Below are positions 39,334 to 49,032 of a DNA stretch of 64,000 bases, piece by piece. Position 1 is the stretch's first letter; each line of letters starts with the position of its first letter. The notes under the pieces were generated by a model. That model was given only the letters and a program-made list of their open reading frames with translations. It made no database searches and was not told where the DNA came from. The translations under genes were made by a program, and so were the position numbers. The DNA is taken from positions 864,859-928,858 of the forward strand of contig OZ246402.1 in NCBI GenBank assembly GCA_965230975.1, given 5' to 3'. The stretch is from an uncultured Candidatus Saccharibacteria bacterium. Its GTDB lineage: Bacteria; Patescibacteriota; Dojkabacteria; J137.

Positions 39334-39870
39334 ATGTCTCAATGGGAAATAGACACAGCTCATGCAACTGCACAGTTTAAAGTTAAACACATGGGGTTGG
39401 CTTGGGTACCAGGTCACGTTTATGGAATAACAGGTGATATTGATTTTGACCCTGCAAATATTTCAAACGCAAAGTTTAGTGCAAATATCGATTTAACTAC
39501 ATTAACAACTGGCATGGCGCAAAGAGATGGACATTTAAAAAGTGCAGATTTTTTTGATGTAGAAAAGTATCCAAATATGAAGTTTGAAAGCACATCTGTA
39601 GAAAAAACAAGTGAAAATCACTTTATTGTTAAAGGTAACTTAACAATTAAAGAAACTACAAAAGAGGTTCAAGTTAATGCAGAATATTTAGGGGAAACAG
39701 AAAAACAAAATATGGATGGCACAACATCTACAGTTACATCTTTTATTTTAAGTGCAGAATTAGATAGAAGAGACTTTGGCTTAAACTGGAATATTGACCT
39801 TCCAGGTGGGAAAGTCTTAGTTGGCAATGAGGCTTACATAACAATAGATGTAGAAGCTATTAAGCAATAA
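39334..39870 (+). CDS. YceI family protein
   Basis: WEIDTAHATAQFKVKHMGLAWVPGHV...GNLTIKETTKEV. YceI-like lipid-binding fold signature. Confidence 0.75.
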   Translation: MSQWEIDTAHATAQFKVKHMGLAWVPGHVYGITGDIDFDPANISNAKFSANIDLTTLTTGMAQRDGHLKSADFFDVEKYPNMKFESTSVEKTSENHFIVKGNLTIKETTKEVQVNAEYLGETEKQNMDGTTSTVTSFILSAELDRRDFGLNWNIDLPGGKVLVGNEAYITIDVEAIKQ

Positions 39871-39884
39871 ATCGTTTTAATAAA

Positions 39885-39912
39885 GGGGGCGACTTCGTCG
39901 CCCCCGTGTTGT
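39885..39912 (+). terminator. GC-rich hairpin terminator after the YceI gene
   Basis: GGGGGCGAC-TTC-GTCGCCCCC followed by GTGTTGTAGTT (weak U tract). Stands out in an AT-rich genome. Confidence 0.5.
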
Positions 39913-39967
39913 AGTTACATTTAAGAAGCCAACCAGCGTTTTAAACGTAATTATATAAATTATAAAC

Positions 39968-40579
39968 ATGAAAAACTTATTACTAGTACATTATGGCCCA
40001 GGGCCAACATCTATAACAAAAAAGATTGTGGCAGATTTAAACCCATTCTTAAAAGAGAATTTTAACTTAGAAGAGTTAGATTTGGTTAAAACTCATCCAA
40101 TTATTTTTACAGAAGAGAGCATGGGTGCATATGTAAAAAGAAATTATCATGGGCACGAACTTACAGATGAAGAATCTAAACACCTAACAATTCCTGACAA
40201 TTTTGCAAATCAGGTTTTAAAAGCCGACTTGTTAGTCATGATATTCCCAATGTATAACTTTCAAGTTCCAGCTGTAATAAAAGGGTGGATTGATAACGTT
40301 GCTCAGGCAAAAAAGGTTTTTAAATACACAGAATATGGCCCTGTTGGTTTATCATCCATTCAAAAAGCATTTGTGGTTCAAGTCACTGGTTCTACACCAT
40401 CAAATTCTGCAAAAGACTTTTTAACACCATACATGGATTTTATTTTAAAGTTTATTGGAGTTAAAGAAGTTAAATTTGAAGGTATTCATGGCACAAAGTT
40501 TTTAGGAGAGATGGCAGACTTAAAAGTCCAAGAAACTACAGCTAATTTAAAAAAGTCTCTTTTACTTATTAAAGATTAA
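39968..40579 (+). CDS. azoR: FMN-dependent NADH-azoreductase
   Basis: MKNLLLVHYGP...MIFPMYNFQVPAVIKGWIDNVAQAKKVFKYTEYGPVGL parallels E. coli AzoR PMYNF...TFRYTENGPEGL. Confidence 0.75.
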   Translation: MKNLLLVHYGPGPTSITKKIVADLNPFLKENFNLEELDLVKTHPIIFTEESMGAYVKRNYHGHELTDEESKHLTIPDNFANQVLKADLLVMIFPMYNFQVPAVIKGWIDNVAQAKKVFKYTEYGPVGLSSIQKAFVVQVTGSTPSNSAKDFLTPYMDFILKFIGVKEVKFEGIHGTKFLGEMADLKVQETTANLKKSLLLIKD

Positions 40580-40581
40580 CC

Positions 40582-41517
40582 ATGCAAATAAATGTTAGTA
40601 AAAAGACTTTAAGATTAAGCCTTATTGCATTAACATTTATTTGCACACTATTTACTTTAGGAATCATACTTATGAATACTCAACAAAACCCAACCATAAT
40701 TGATGCTTCTGCCAGAATTGGAACCGTGACATTAAATGTAAGAGATTTAGAAACAGTTAAAAACTTTTATAAAGATGTTGTAATGCTTAATATCTTAAGC
40801 GAATCCAATTCAGAAGTTCTATTTGGCAAAGGTGAACACGAAGTTGTAAGACTTGTTGAATCGGAGCTTCCAGAAAATCAACAAAATGAAGCAGGTCTTT
40901 ACCATGTCGCAATTGTATTTGGCTCAAGAGGTGAACTTGCCTATCATTTAAATAACGTTTTAGAAAAATCTTTGGATACCTATCAAGGTTCTGGAGACCA
41001 TACTGTTAGCGAGGCATTTTATTTTTCAGACCCAGAAGGGAATGGAATAGAAATTTATTTTGATAGACCCAATAGTGAGTGGAAGTACGATGCTAATGGA
41101 AAGATTCAAATGGGAACTCAATATATTGATGAACAAGCCTACATCAAGAAATATTTAAACAATGAAGCTGATGATTCTATAAAAACTGGTCATATTCATT
41201 TGCAAATTGGAGATATTCGAGACGCACTAGATTTTTATGTTGATGGTTTAGGTTTTGAAGTTCAAGCACAAATGCCAACAGCATTATTTATTTCTGCAGG
41301 TGGATATCATCATCATATTGGGTTAAATACTTGGAATAGCCTTGGAGCAGGTAAAAGAGAAGAGACTTTAGGTTTGCGAAGTTTTGAAATATTAATTAAT
41401 GACTTATCTGGGATTGAATCAAGATTAAGCACAAAAAAGATAGAATATATTAAAGATGGAAACTCAATAACAGTTAACGACCCATGGAATAATCAAATTA
41501 GAATATTAAAGATTTAA
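40582..41517 (+). CDS. VOC (glyoxalase/bleomycin-resistance/dioxygenase) family protein with N-terminal TM, two VOC modules
   Basis: Two beta-alpha-beta-beta-beta-like segments with HVAI and HIHLQIGD/HHHIGLN metal-ligand-like His residues. N-terminal LSLIALTFICTLFTLGIILM. Confidence 0.55.
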   Translation: MQINVSKKTLRLSLIALTFICTLFTLGIILMNTQQNPTIIDASARIGTVTLNVRDLETVKNFYKDVVMLNILSESNSEVLFGKGEHEVVRLVESELPENQQNEAGLYHVAIVFGSRGELAYHLNNVLEKSLDTYQGSGDHTVSEAFYFSDPEGNGIEIYFDRPNSEWKYDANGKIQMGTQYIDEQAYIKKYLNNEADDSIKTGHIHLQIGDIRDALDFYVDGLGFEVQAQMPTALFISAGGYHHHIGLNTWNSLGAGKREETLGLRSFEILINDLSGIESRLSTKKIEYIKDGNSITVNDPWNNQIRILKI

Positions 41518-41529
41518 ACACCTATTAAG

Positions 41530-42081
41530 TTACTTTTCCTCTTTTCTTTTAGTCAACAAGAATAAAAGTATCAAAAGTAACAATATCAAAACAGGAATAA
41601 TACAATACCAACTTGTTAAAAACCCAAGAACAGAGCTTTGATCTTGTAAATTAGAATCAGTTGAATTTGTAGTTCCACCTTTATCAGAACTGGTATTTGT
41701 AGACGGCTTTGCACTATCGTTAGTATTTGTATAAGAAATAGGTGTAGTGTAACTAACTGGATTTGTAGAACCTACAGATACAAATTGCAAACCTGAGTTT
41801 GTATTGGTGTTAGAATTATTACCACTATTTTGAGATGTTTGTGATTCTATCTCTGCATTAAATAAGCTATTGTTAACTAAAATTCCATAATCCGAAGATT
41901 CAAGCTCATCATCTGCAAAATTCCCAAAAGAGTAAGAATCTAAAATATAGTCTGGGCTCTCAATTCCCTTTATAGTAAATGGTATCAGTGAAAGAAATAA
42001 GACTGCCAATATGGTTATTGCTAAAGGTTTTGCCATTGCATTAGGTTTAAATTTACTATAGTATATTTTAAACAATATCAC
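41530..42081 (-). CDS. hypothetical exported low-complexity protein with C-terminal TM anchor, 183 aa
   Basis: N-terminal hydrophobic AITILAVLFLSLIPF, N/S/T-rich middle, C-terminal IIPVLILLLLILLFLLTKRKEEK. Confidence 0.5.
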   Translation of the reverse strand: MILFKIYYSKFKPNAMAKPLAITILAVLFLSLIPFTIKGIESPDYILDSYSFGNFADDELESSDYGILVNNSLFNAEIESQTSQNSGNNSNTNTNSGLQFVSVGSTNPVSYTTPISYTNTNDSAKPSTNTSSDKGGTTNSTDSNLQDQSSVLGFLTSWYCIIPVLILLLLILLFLLTKRKEEK

Positions 42082-42090
42082 ATATCAACT

Positions 42091-44817
42091 ATGAATAATA
42101 AGCTAAAAACCATTTTGTTATTACTTCTTCTATTTATAGGGACTTCTTTTCTAAGAATTGAAACATTTGCAGATATTAATAGAACCATTGGGTTCCAAGG
42201 TTCTGTTAGAAATAAAACTACAAGCTCTGCAGTAAATGGTAACTTTGACTTCGTTTTTAAAATATATAATGTCAGCTCTGGTGGAACTGCCCTATGGACA
42301 GAAACCAGGAACGGAGCAAATCAAATTACAGTTACAAATAGTCAATTTTCAGTAAATTTAGGTAGCCTAACAGCTTTTAGCAATTTAATAGACTTTAACT
42401 CAGATTCTTTATATTTAGGAATCAACTTTAATAATAATGGAGAAATGACACCTAGAGTTAAATTAAGTGCATCAACATACGCATTTAATGCAGAAAAAGT
42501 AAATGGGTTAACAGTTATAAGTACAAATGGAACTTTAAGCATTCCAAATAATAAAACAATTACATTTGCAGATGACTTTACCACAGCGGGTTCTTTTGCA
42601 CTAACATTAACAACAACAGCTTCTACAAACGTAACCTTACCAACAACTGGAACATTAGCAACTTTGGCTGGTACAGAATTATTAACAAATAAAACAATTG
42701 GATCTACAGGATTAACATTCTCTGGTTCAACAACAGATATAAATACAGCTGCTTCAGAAGCATTAGTTTTACAGGGTAATGCAGATTCAATTTTTCAAAC
42801 TACCGCAGGGGGAATATATTTAAAACCAGCAGGAAGTAGCACAACAAGCTTTGTTCAAATAGGTGAGGGTAGCGGTTCTGCAACACCTGACTTTTTCAAA
42901 CTAGATGTGAAATCAACTTCCGGAGACCCAGTTGGAGGAACAGTTGGTTCTATGTACTATAACAATGCAGATAACAAATTTAGATGCTACCAAAACAGCG
43001 CGTGGACAGATTGTATTGGGACAGGTATAGGCAGCACTGTTACAACAGCAAATATTGCAAATTCTTATGTTATATCTCAAGAAGCACCTAATTATTACGC
43101 TACTTCGAATAACGGATTAACAGATTATTCCGGAACTTCTTTGAAAACAGTTGTTGAAAGTGCTGTTACAGCATTAAATACCGCGGGAGGAGGAAAGATA
43201 TCTTTTCAAAGTGGGACTTTCGATTTAGGTACTGACTATTTCATAATTAATTCAAAAAATGACATTATATTTGAAGGGCAGGGAATTGATGCAACAATAA
43301 TACAGAATAACACAGATGTTGCAGACGATTCTGAACCTTTAAATTTTACAAATGCCAAAAGAATTACAATTCGAGATTTAACTGTATCTGCGGGTGGTGC
43401 TGCAAGAAGTACAAGTGATGCTATTGATCTTGATAATGGAGAAGAAGTTCTAATTGAGAGAGTTAAGATTACAAGTTCAAGAGGAAGAGGAATAGTTATT
43501 GATGGTAAAGATGCTGGATCCACAGGAGATAGGAATGTAATACGTGACTGCATAATTACAGGTGTTCCAGATGATGGGATTGAATTGTTGGCATCTAACG
43601 AAAATACTGTACAAGGTTGCAAGATTTTTGATGTAGGAGGTAATGGAATACAGCTTGCAAAAGGTTCTGCTGTTGCAGCACAGCCAAATAAACAATCCCA
43701 ATATAACTCAATTATTGGAAATACTATTAATAATGTGGGAAGAGATGGAATTAATATAGTTAGCGGAAACTACAATATTATCGCAAACAATACCATAACT
43801 AATAGTGCGGATGATGTTTCTAGTAGGGACGGAATTAGACTTGAAGAAGCAAGTTCAATTGAATGTAAGTACAATATTATTATAGGCAACATTGCTACTG
43901 ATAATCAAACACCTAAAACACAAAAATATGGTGTTAATATATCTACCGCAATATGTACCAATACCCTTGTTACTAATAATTTCTTAGAAGATAATCTTAC
44001 ATCAGCCTTCAATGATTTAGGTACAAATACTTATCTTTCCCAATATATTAGCGGTAATAATATTATTGCTAAACTTAGCAATGTAGGTATCGGAACTACG
44101 GCACCCAATGCACCATTAGAAATACTAAGTACCTCAACGCAGCTAAGATTATCTTATTCTGGATCTGTTTATTCTACTTTAGGATCAAATTCCAGTGGCT
44201 ACTTAACTATAGAGTCTAATGGTTCTGCAACAGGAAGATTACAGTTAGGTGCAGGAGGAGCAGGCACAGCCACCCCAGATCTTTTAGGTCTAGATGTAAA
44301 ATCAACATCTGGAGACCCCTCAGGGTTTAATGGAGCAATGTATTACAATGCTAACAGTGGCAAGTTTAGATGTTATCAAAGCGATGCTTGGACAGATTGC
44401 ATAGGCACGGGTTCAGTTGGAGCATCTATACCACAAACTATCACATTCTTAGCTGCATCTTCAGTTACATGGACAGCTCAACCTGCAGGTTTAACAGAAT
44501 TATTGGGCAACACAAGACAAAGAGTCAAAATTGATTTGACTAATGCAACTCAGGCAAGAATAGTAGCAAACATACCTACACAGGGTTCTACAAATGCAGA
44601 ATTAAGATTACAATTTTCTACAGATGGAGTATCTTGGAACTATTTGGATTTAGGTACAGGTCCTAATGTAAATATAGGCAGCAATGGGTTAAGAGTATCT
44701 AGTTATGTTAATATAGATGCATCTGCAAAGAGTGATGTATTTTTAAGAGTAATTGGCATAAACGGTGACGGAGCTGCAAACCCTATACTTGGTACCATTT
44801 ATGCCCAAATAAAATAG
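42091..44817 (+). CDS. secreted right-handed parallel beta-helix repeat protein (pectate-lyase-fold-like), 908 aa
   Basis: Signal peptide LKTILLLLLLFIGTSF. Beta-helix repeats: NVIRDCIITG..DGIELLASNENTVQGCKIFDVGGNGIQL...NSIIGNTINNVGRDGINIVSGNYNIIANNTITNS. Internal duplication ATPDFFKLDVKSTSGDPVGGTVGSMYYNNADNKFRCYQNSAWTDCIGTG vs ATPDLLGLDVKSTSGDPSGFNGAMYYNANSGKFRCYQSDAWTDCIGTG. Confidence 0.7.
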   Translation: MNNKLKTILLLLLLFIGTSFLRIETFADINRTIGFQGSVRNKTTSSAVNGNFDFVFKIYNVSSGGTALWTETRNGANQITVTNSQFSVNLGSLTAFSNLIDFNSDSLYLGINFNNNGEMTPRVKLSASTYAFNAEKVNGLTVISTNGTLSIPNNKTITFADDFTTAGSFALTLTTTASTNVTLPTTGTLATLAGTELLTNKTIGSTGLTFSGSTTDINTAASEALVLQGNADSIFQTTAGGIYLKPAGSSTTSFVQIGEGSGSATPDFFKLDVKSTSGDPVGGTVGSMYYNNADNKFRCYQNSAWTDCIGTGIGSTVTTANIANSYVISQEAPNYYATSNNGLTDYSGTSLKTVVESAVTALNTAGGGKISFQSGTFDLGTDYFIINSKNDIIFEGQGIDATIIQNNTDVADDSEPLNFTNAKRITIRDLTVSAGGAARSTSDAIDLDNGEEVLIERVKITSSRGRGIVIDGKDAGSTGDRNVIRDCIITGVPDDGIELLASNENTVQGCKIFDVGGNGIQLAKGSAVAAQPNKQSQYNSIIGNTINNVGRDGINIVSGNYNIIANNTITNSADDVSSRDGIRLEEASSIECKYNIIIGNIATDNQTPKTQKYGVNISTAICTNTLVTNNFLEDNLTSAFNDLGTNTYLSQYISGNNIIAKLSNVGIGTTAPNAPLEILSTSTQLRLSYSGSVYSTLGSNSSGYLTIESNGSATGRLQLGAGGAGTATPDLLGLDVKSTSGDPSGFNGAMYYNANSGKFRCYQSDAWTDCIGTGSVGASIPQTITFLAASSVTWTAQPAGLTELLGNTRQRVKIDLTNATQARIVANIPTQGSTNAELRLQFSTDGVSWNYLDLGTGPNVNIGSNGLRVSSYVNIDASAKSDVFLRVIGINGDGAANPILGTIYAQIK

Positions 44818-44818
44818 T

Positions 44819-45214
44819 ATGTTAGAAATAAAACCACTAAATAAAAGATCTAAAAAGCAAAATTCATTACTTTATCTTGTAATTATATTATTAATAGCTT
44901 TAGTGGTATTTTTTGGATTTAAATACTACGAAAGCCAACTACCAACCAATCAAACAATATCTCAAAAAGGAGAAGTAGATTCTAATAAAATTATTGAAGA
45001 TGTTTCCAAAATATTTTTATTACCCATAAACGAGCAACCCTCAGTTGCATTAATCAAAGATTTAAATTCTTTAGCACCTCAACCAATATTTACAAATGCA
45101 CAAAATGGAGATGTTTTATTGATTTATTTAAATGCTAAAAAAGCAATTTTATATAGACCATCCGAAAATAAAGTTATAGATGTTGGTCCTGTAAATGTAT
45201 CTTCAGGTCAGTAA
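44819..45214 (+). CDS. hypothetical small membrane protein, 131 aa
   Basis: TM LLYLVIILLIALVVFFGF. Starts 2 nt after the previous stop. Confidence 0.5.
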   Translation: MLEIKPLNKRSKKQNSLLYLVIILLIALVVFFGFKYYESQLPTNQTISQKGEVDSNKIIEDVSKIFLLPINEQPSVALIKDLNSLAPQPIFTNAQNGDVLLIYLNAKKAILYRPSENKVIDVGPVNVSSGQ

Positions 45215-45266
45215 GTGTTTTGAAAGTAGGTAGAATTTACTTAAACTTAAATTTTAATTAACAAAA

Positions 45267-45395
45267 ATGTCTGCAAAAGATAAAGGTAATCAAAGACAAA
45301 GTACCAGTGATTTAGCTGCTAAAAAACCAAAAAGTAGCAAACAAGCTAAAGCAGATAGAAAAGCAAAAAAAGCTGCAAAAGAATTAAGAAGATAA
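45267..45395 (+). CDS. possible small lysine-rich protein, 42 aa (not in supplied ORF track)
   Basis: ATG at 45267 gives MSAKDKGNQRQSTSDLAAKKPKSSKQAKADRKAKKAAKELRR, stop TAA at 45393-45395. Sits in an otherwise empty 280-nt gap. Confidence 0.3.
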   Translation: MSAKDKGNQRQSTSDLAAKKPKSSKQAKADRKAKKAAKELRR

Positions 45396-45492
45396 CATTT
45401 ATCCCTGTTCCTTAACCACAATTCCAATACCCAGGGAATGTTAATTAATGCCAAAATTTGCTATCATTACAGGCTAATTAATTTCGTATTTT

Positions 45493-46938
45493 ATGAGTAC
45501 AGAAGAGGTAATAATTCGATTTGACAACGTTACATTCAAATATTCTGATAAAAAGGTCACTTTAGAAGAGGCCAATTTTAACGTACGAAAAAATTCTAAA
45601 ATAACCATTACAGGTCAAAATGGAGCAGGTAAATCTACGATATTTAAACTTATTATGGGTGAATTAAAGCCAACAAAAGGTCAAATTCATATAAAACTAG
45701 GTTCAAAAATTGGAATTGCAAGGCAAATGATCCCTCACGAAGATTTAGATTTATCATTATTAGAATTCTTTCAAAAAACTTTACCTGAAAAGCAATATGG
45801 AATAGAAAGAGACATTAAAGACGTAATGTCCGCTGTGAATTTAACATTACCTACAAATAAAAAAGTTAGAGAATTATCTGGCGGGCAAAAAGCTAGATTA
45901 TTATTAGCTCAAGCATTAATTCAAGACCCGGACATCTTACTTTTAGATGAACCAACAAACAATCTAGATGTAACAGGAATTGAGCATTTAACAGCATTTT
46001 TACAGGCATATACAAAAACAGTAATTGTAATTTCCCACGATGCAACTTTCTTAAGTGCATTTACAGATGGGATTTTGAATTTGGATATCTATACTCATAA
46101 AGTAGATCAATTTGTTGGGGACTATTACGACGCCCTTTACCAAATGGAACAGCAAAGAGAAAGGGAAAGACTTAATAATGCAAGAATTGAAAAAAGTATT
46201 CAAAATAGATTTGAAAAAGTAAACAAACTTGGTGGTAAAAGTGTTGCAATGAGAAAGCTAGCAAACAAAGTAAGAGAAGAGATTGAAGAGGATAGAGAAG
46301 ATATTGTAGACATTAGAAAAGAGGAAAAAACATTGCCAGATTTTGATATTCCAGCTCAACATGTTCCAGGCACTGTAATGAAAATTAGCCAGGTTAGCTT
46401 TTTAAAAAACGAAAAGCCAACAACTAAAGATGTAAACATTGAACTATTTAGAGGTGATAGATTAATTATCAAAGGTCCCAATGGAATTGGAAAAAGCACA
46501 CTTTTAAAGTCTATGTTAGAAGGTAAAGGTGTTACTTTTAATAAAGAGGTTAGAATAGGGTATTACAGCCAAGACTTCTCAGAACTTGATTTTAATCAGA
46601 CTCCTTTTGAGTCTTTAAAAAGTGTTATGGCAGAATTTGATATTCCAAAGCTTTATGGCACTGCTGGTAGATTCATGCTTAGTGGTGAGATGTTAAATAA
46701 TCCGATAGGTTCACTGTCCGAGGGTCAAAAAGGTTTACTTTGCTATGCAAGATTTATGCTTCAAGAACCAGGACTTTTGATTATGGATGAACCAACAAAC
46801 CACATTAACTATAGACATATTCCCGTAATTGCAGAAGCAATTAATAACTATAAAGGTGCTTTGATTCTTGTAAGCCACTTGGATGAATTTGTTTGGCAAC
46901 TAAAAATAGACAAAGAATTGGATTTAGCGAAGTACTAA
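45493..46938 (+). CDS. ABC-F family ATPase (two ABC domains, no TM), 481 aa
   Basis: Two Walker A (GQNGAGKST, GPNGIGKST), two LSGGQ signatures, two Walker B (LLLDEPTN, LIMDEPTN). Charged inter-domain linker of about 80 aa. Confidence 0.85.
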   Translation: MSTEEVIIRFDNVTFKYSDKKVTLEEANFNVRKNSKITITGQNGAGKSTIFKLIMGELKPTKGQIHIKLGSKIGIARQMIPHEDLDLSLLEFFQKTLPEKQYGIERDIKDVMSAVNLTLPTNKKVRELSGGQKARLLLAQALIQDPDILLLDEPTNNLDVTGIEHLTAFLQAYTKTVIVISHDATFLSAFTDGILNLDIYTHKVDQFVGDYYDALYQMEQQRERERLNNARIEKSIQNRFEKVNKLGGKSVAMRKLANKVREEIEEDREDIVDIRKEEKTLPDFDIPAQHVPGTVMKISQVSFLKNEKPTTKDVNIELFRGDRLIIKGPNGIGKSTLLKSMLEGKGVTFNKEVRIGYYSQDFSELDFNQTPFESLKSVMAEFDIPKLYGTAGRFMLSGEMLNNPIGSLSEGQKGLLCYARFMLQEPGLLIMDEPTNHINYRHIPVIAEAINNYKGALILVSHLDEFVWQLKIDKELDLAKY

Positions 46939-46946
46939 AGATATAA

Positions 46947-47654
46947 TTGCATATGCAAAAATTCCCACACGTAAAATTTGAACTAGATAAAGAAGTCGAT
47001 AAATTTATGGCTTCTAAATTTTTAGATTATAGAATAGGGGCAGTTGATTATAGCGATGGAGTATGGGAACCTCACCCAAGTCTTAAAGGAGTTACCGGGA
47101 AAGACATTTATGTGATAGATGAATATTTCAATAAGTTTTATTCTAATAATTCACTTCTTTTAAACAGACTTGTTGAGACTTTTACAAAAGAGTGGGATAA
47201 AATAGAAAAAGAATACCTCAAACAATGTTCAGACATTTTTAATGGATTGAGTTTCCCATCTGGTGATTATATAGGATATGTTTCCATAATTAATTGTAAT
47301 CCAAGATTTTTAGAAACTTCCTCCTACCAATTGTTTTATAAGTCTAAGTCATGCATTCCTATAACAGCACATGAGTTAATGCATTTTATGTTTTATTCCT
47401 ACATTACAAGAAATTCAAGTAAAGCAAAAAAAGACGAAATAGAATCTAGCGGAGCTTGGTGGTTAATTTCAGAAATCTTTAATAATGTTGTATTGGACTT
47501 ACCTGAGTTTAGAGAATTACTTGGTGGATATTTTGAAGAGCCGCACCCTGGTCACCAAGAATATATAGAACCTGCAAAAAAACTTTACGCAAAAGCTGGT
47601 AGCATTGATGATTTCATAAATTCGCTATTTGAGCTTACATCTACAAATAATTAA
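46947..47654 (+). CDS. hypothetical protein, 235 aa, with HExxH motif
   Basis: PITAHELMHFMFYSY. Confidence 0.5.
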   Translation: MHMQKFPHVKFELDKEVDKFMASKFLDYRIGAVDYSDGVWEPHPSLKGVTGKDIYVIDEYFNKFYSNNSLLLNRLVETFTKEWDKIEKEYLKQCSDIFNGLSFPSGDYIGYVSIINCNPRFLETSSYQLFYKSKSCIPITAHELMHFMFYSYITRNSSKAKKDEIESSGAWWLISEIFNNVVLDLPEFRELLGGYFEEPHPGHQEYIEPAKKLYAKAGSIDDFINSLFELTSTNN

Positions 47655-47835
47655 TTAACTATAAATTTCATCTGCATTAAAACTCCCCCTGTTTTTCAAA
47701 TGCCAAAAAAAGGAGTTCGTTCGTAATACGAACTAAATTATTTATGAATTGTTGAAGATATTCTTCGAACTTTGGAACAAAAGTTTCAAAATTTTTATGA
47801 AAGAGATGATTTGTAAAAGCACTTTTAATAAACAT

Positions 47836-48996
47836 TTATAGAAATTTACTCAACACATAACTTTCTAAGTCCAACCCTTTATCTGTTAAGACTAAATTCC
47901 TTTTAGATGTTGTTGCCAAATTTTCAGTTATGAGTTCAGTAATAATTATCGAATACTTTTCTTGAAACTTTACACCAAACTTTTTCTCAAATTTCTCAAA
48001 TGATAAACCCTCAATTAACCTTAACTGCAAAAGAATAAACTCGAGCATTTGATGATTCTTATCGATATCAATTAATCCCTCCTTCGCGCTTTCACCTTTT
48101 AAAGTTTTAATAACATATCCATCAACATCTAAAACATTATTAAATCTATGCCCATTAAAGTAACTATGCGCAGAAGCTCCAAGACCAATATATTCTTCAC
48201 CATTCCAAACACTTAGATTATGATTAGATTCAAACCCGGGCTTTGCAAAATTAGAAATTTCGTAATGCTTAAAGCCTGCAGTTTGCAAAGCCCGACGGGC
48301 ATACAAATACATTTCTCTATCCAATTCTTCGTTGGCTCTTTTAAACAAGCCTTTTTGCTCCATAACTCCGTAAATAGATCTCTCATCTACTTCTAAAGAA
48401 TAGCAAGAGATATGTTTTGGATTTAACTTGATTACGTTATCTACAGATTCTTTCCATTCCTCCAAGGTTTGGTTAGGGATTCCAAATATAAGGTCTACAT
48501 TTATATTCTCAAATCTGGATTGCTTAATCACCTTATAGTATTCCAAAAACTCTTCTATAGTGTAAAGTCTACCCATATACTTTAGAATATTATCTTGCCA
48601 GGCTTGAAGGCCAATACTAATTCTTCTTATCCCACAATTGTAATAATCATCCAGCTTTTTTTTAGTAATATTTTCCGGGTTAACTTCAATGCTAATATCT
48701 AAATCTTCGGCAAGCCTATAGTTTTGTTTTATATACTTAACAAAATCAACAATACTTTTAGAATCTACTAAAGATGGAGTTCCACCACCGAAATAAATTG
48801 TTTTTATTTCGTATTCTGACTTCTGAGAATCAACCGAGTTCAAGGATATGCTTGAGGCATAAGTTTCAAGCTCCTTTTTTAAAGCCTTAAAGTAGAGTGG
48901 TAGTTGAGGTGTTCTTCCTGCAACAACGTAAAAGTTGCAATATCTGCACCTGTATTTGCAGTAGGGAATGTGAATGTATAAATTTAATGGCTTCAT
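47836..48996 (-). CDS. hemW: radical SAM heme chaperone HemW / coproporphyrinogen-III oxidase-like
   Basis: LYIHIPYCKYRCRYCNF (CxxxCxxC radical SAM cluster motif). HemN_C-like C-terminus. 386 aa. Confidence 0.8.
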   Translation of the reverse strand: MKPLNLYIHIPYCKYRCRYCNFYVVAGRTPQLPLYFKALKKELETYASSISLNSVDSQKSEYEIKTIYFGGGTPSLVDSKSIVDFVKYIKQNYRLAEDLDISIEVNPENITKKKLDDYYNCGIRRISIGLQAWQDNILKYMGRLYTIEEFLEYYKVIKQSRFENINVDLIFGIPNQTLEEWKESVDNVIKLNPKHISCYSLEVDERSIYGVMEQKGLFKRANEELDREMYLYARRALQTAGFKHYEISNFAKPGFESNHNLSVWNGEEYIGLGASAHSYFNGHRFNNVLDVDGYVIKTLKGESAKEGLIDIDKNHQMLEFILLQLRLIEGLSFEKFEKKFGVKFQEKYSIIITELITENLATTSKRNLVLTDKGLDLESYVLSKFL

Positions 48997-49032
48997 TGTG
49001 CCGATTATACCAGAAAGCTATAGGGTAGAGTA

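Noticed and set aside
47672-47740. Two small inverted repeats (aactcc...ggagtt; gttcg-taata-cgaac) between the convergent genes 46947..47654 and hemW
   Set aside because: Short stems without convincing U tracts on either strand. Possibly weak terminators, but not called.
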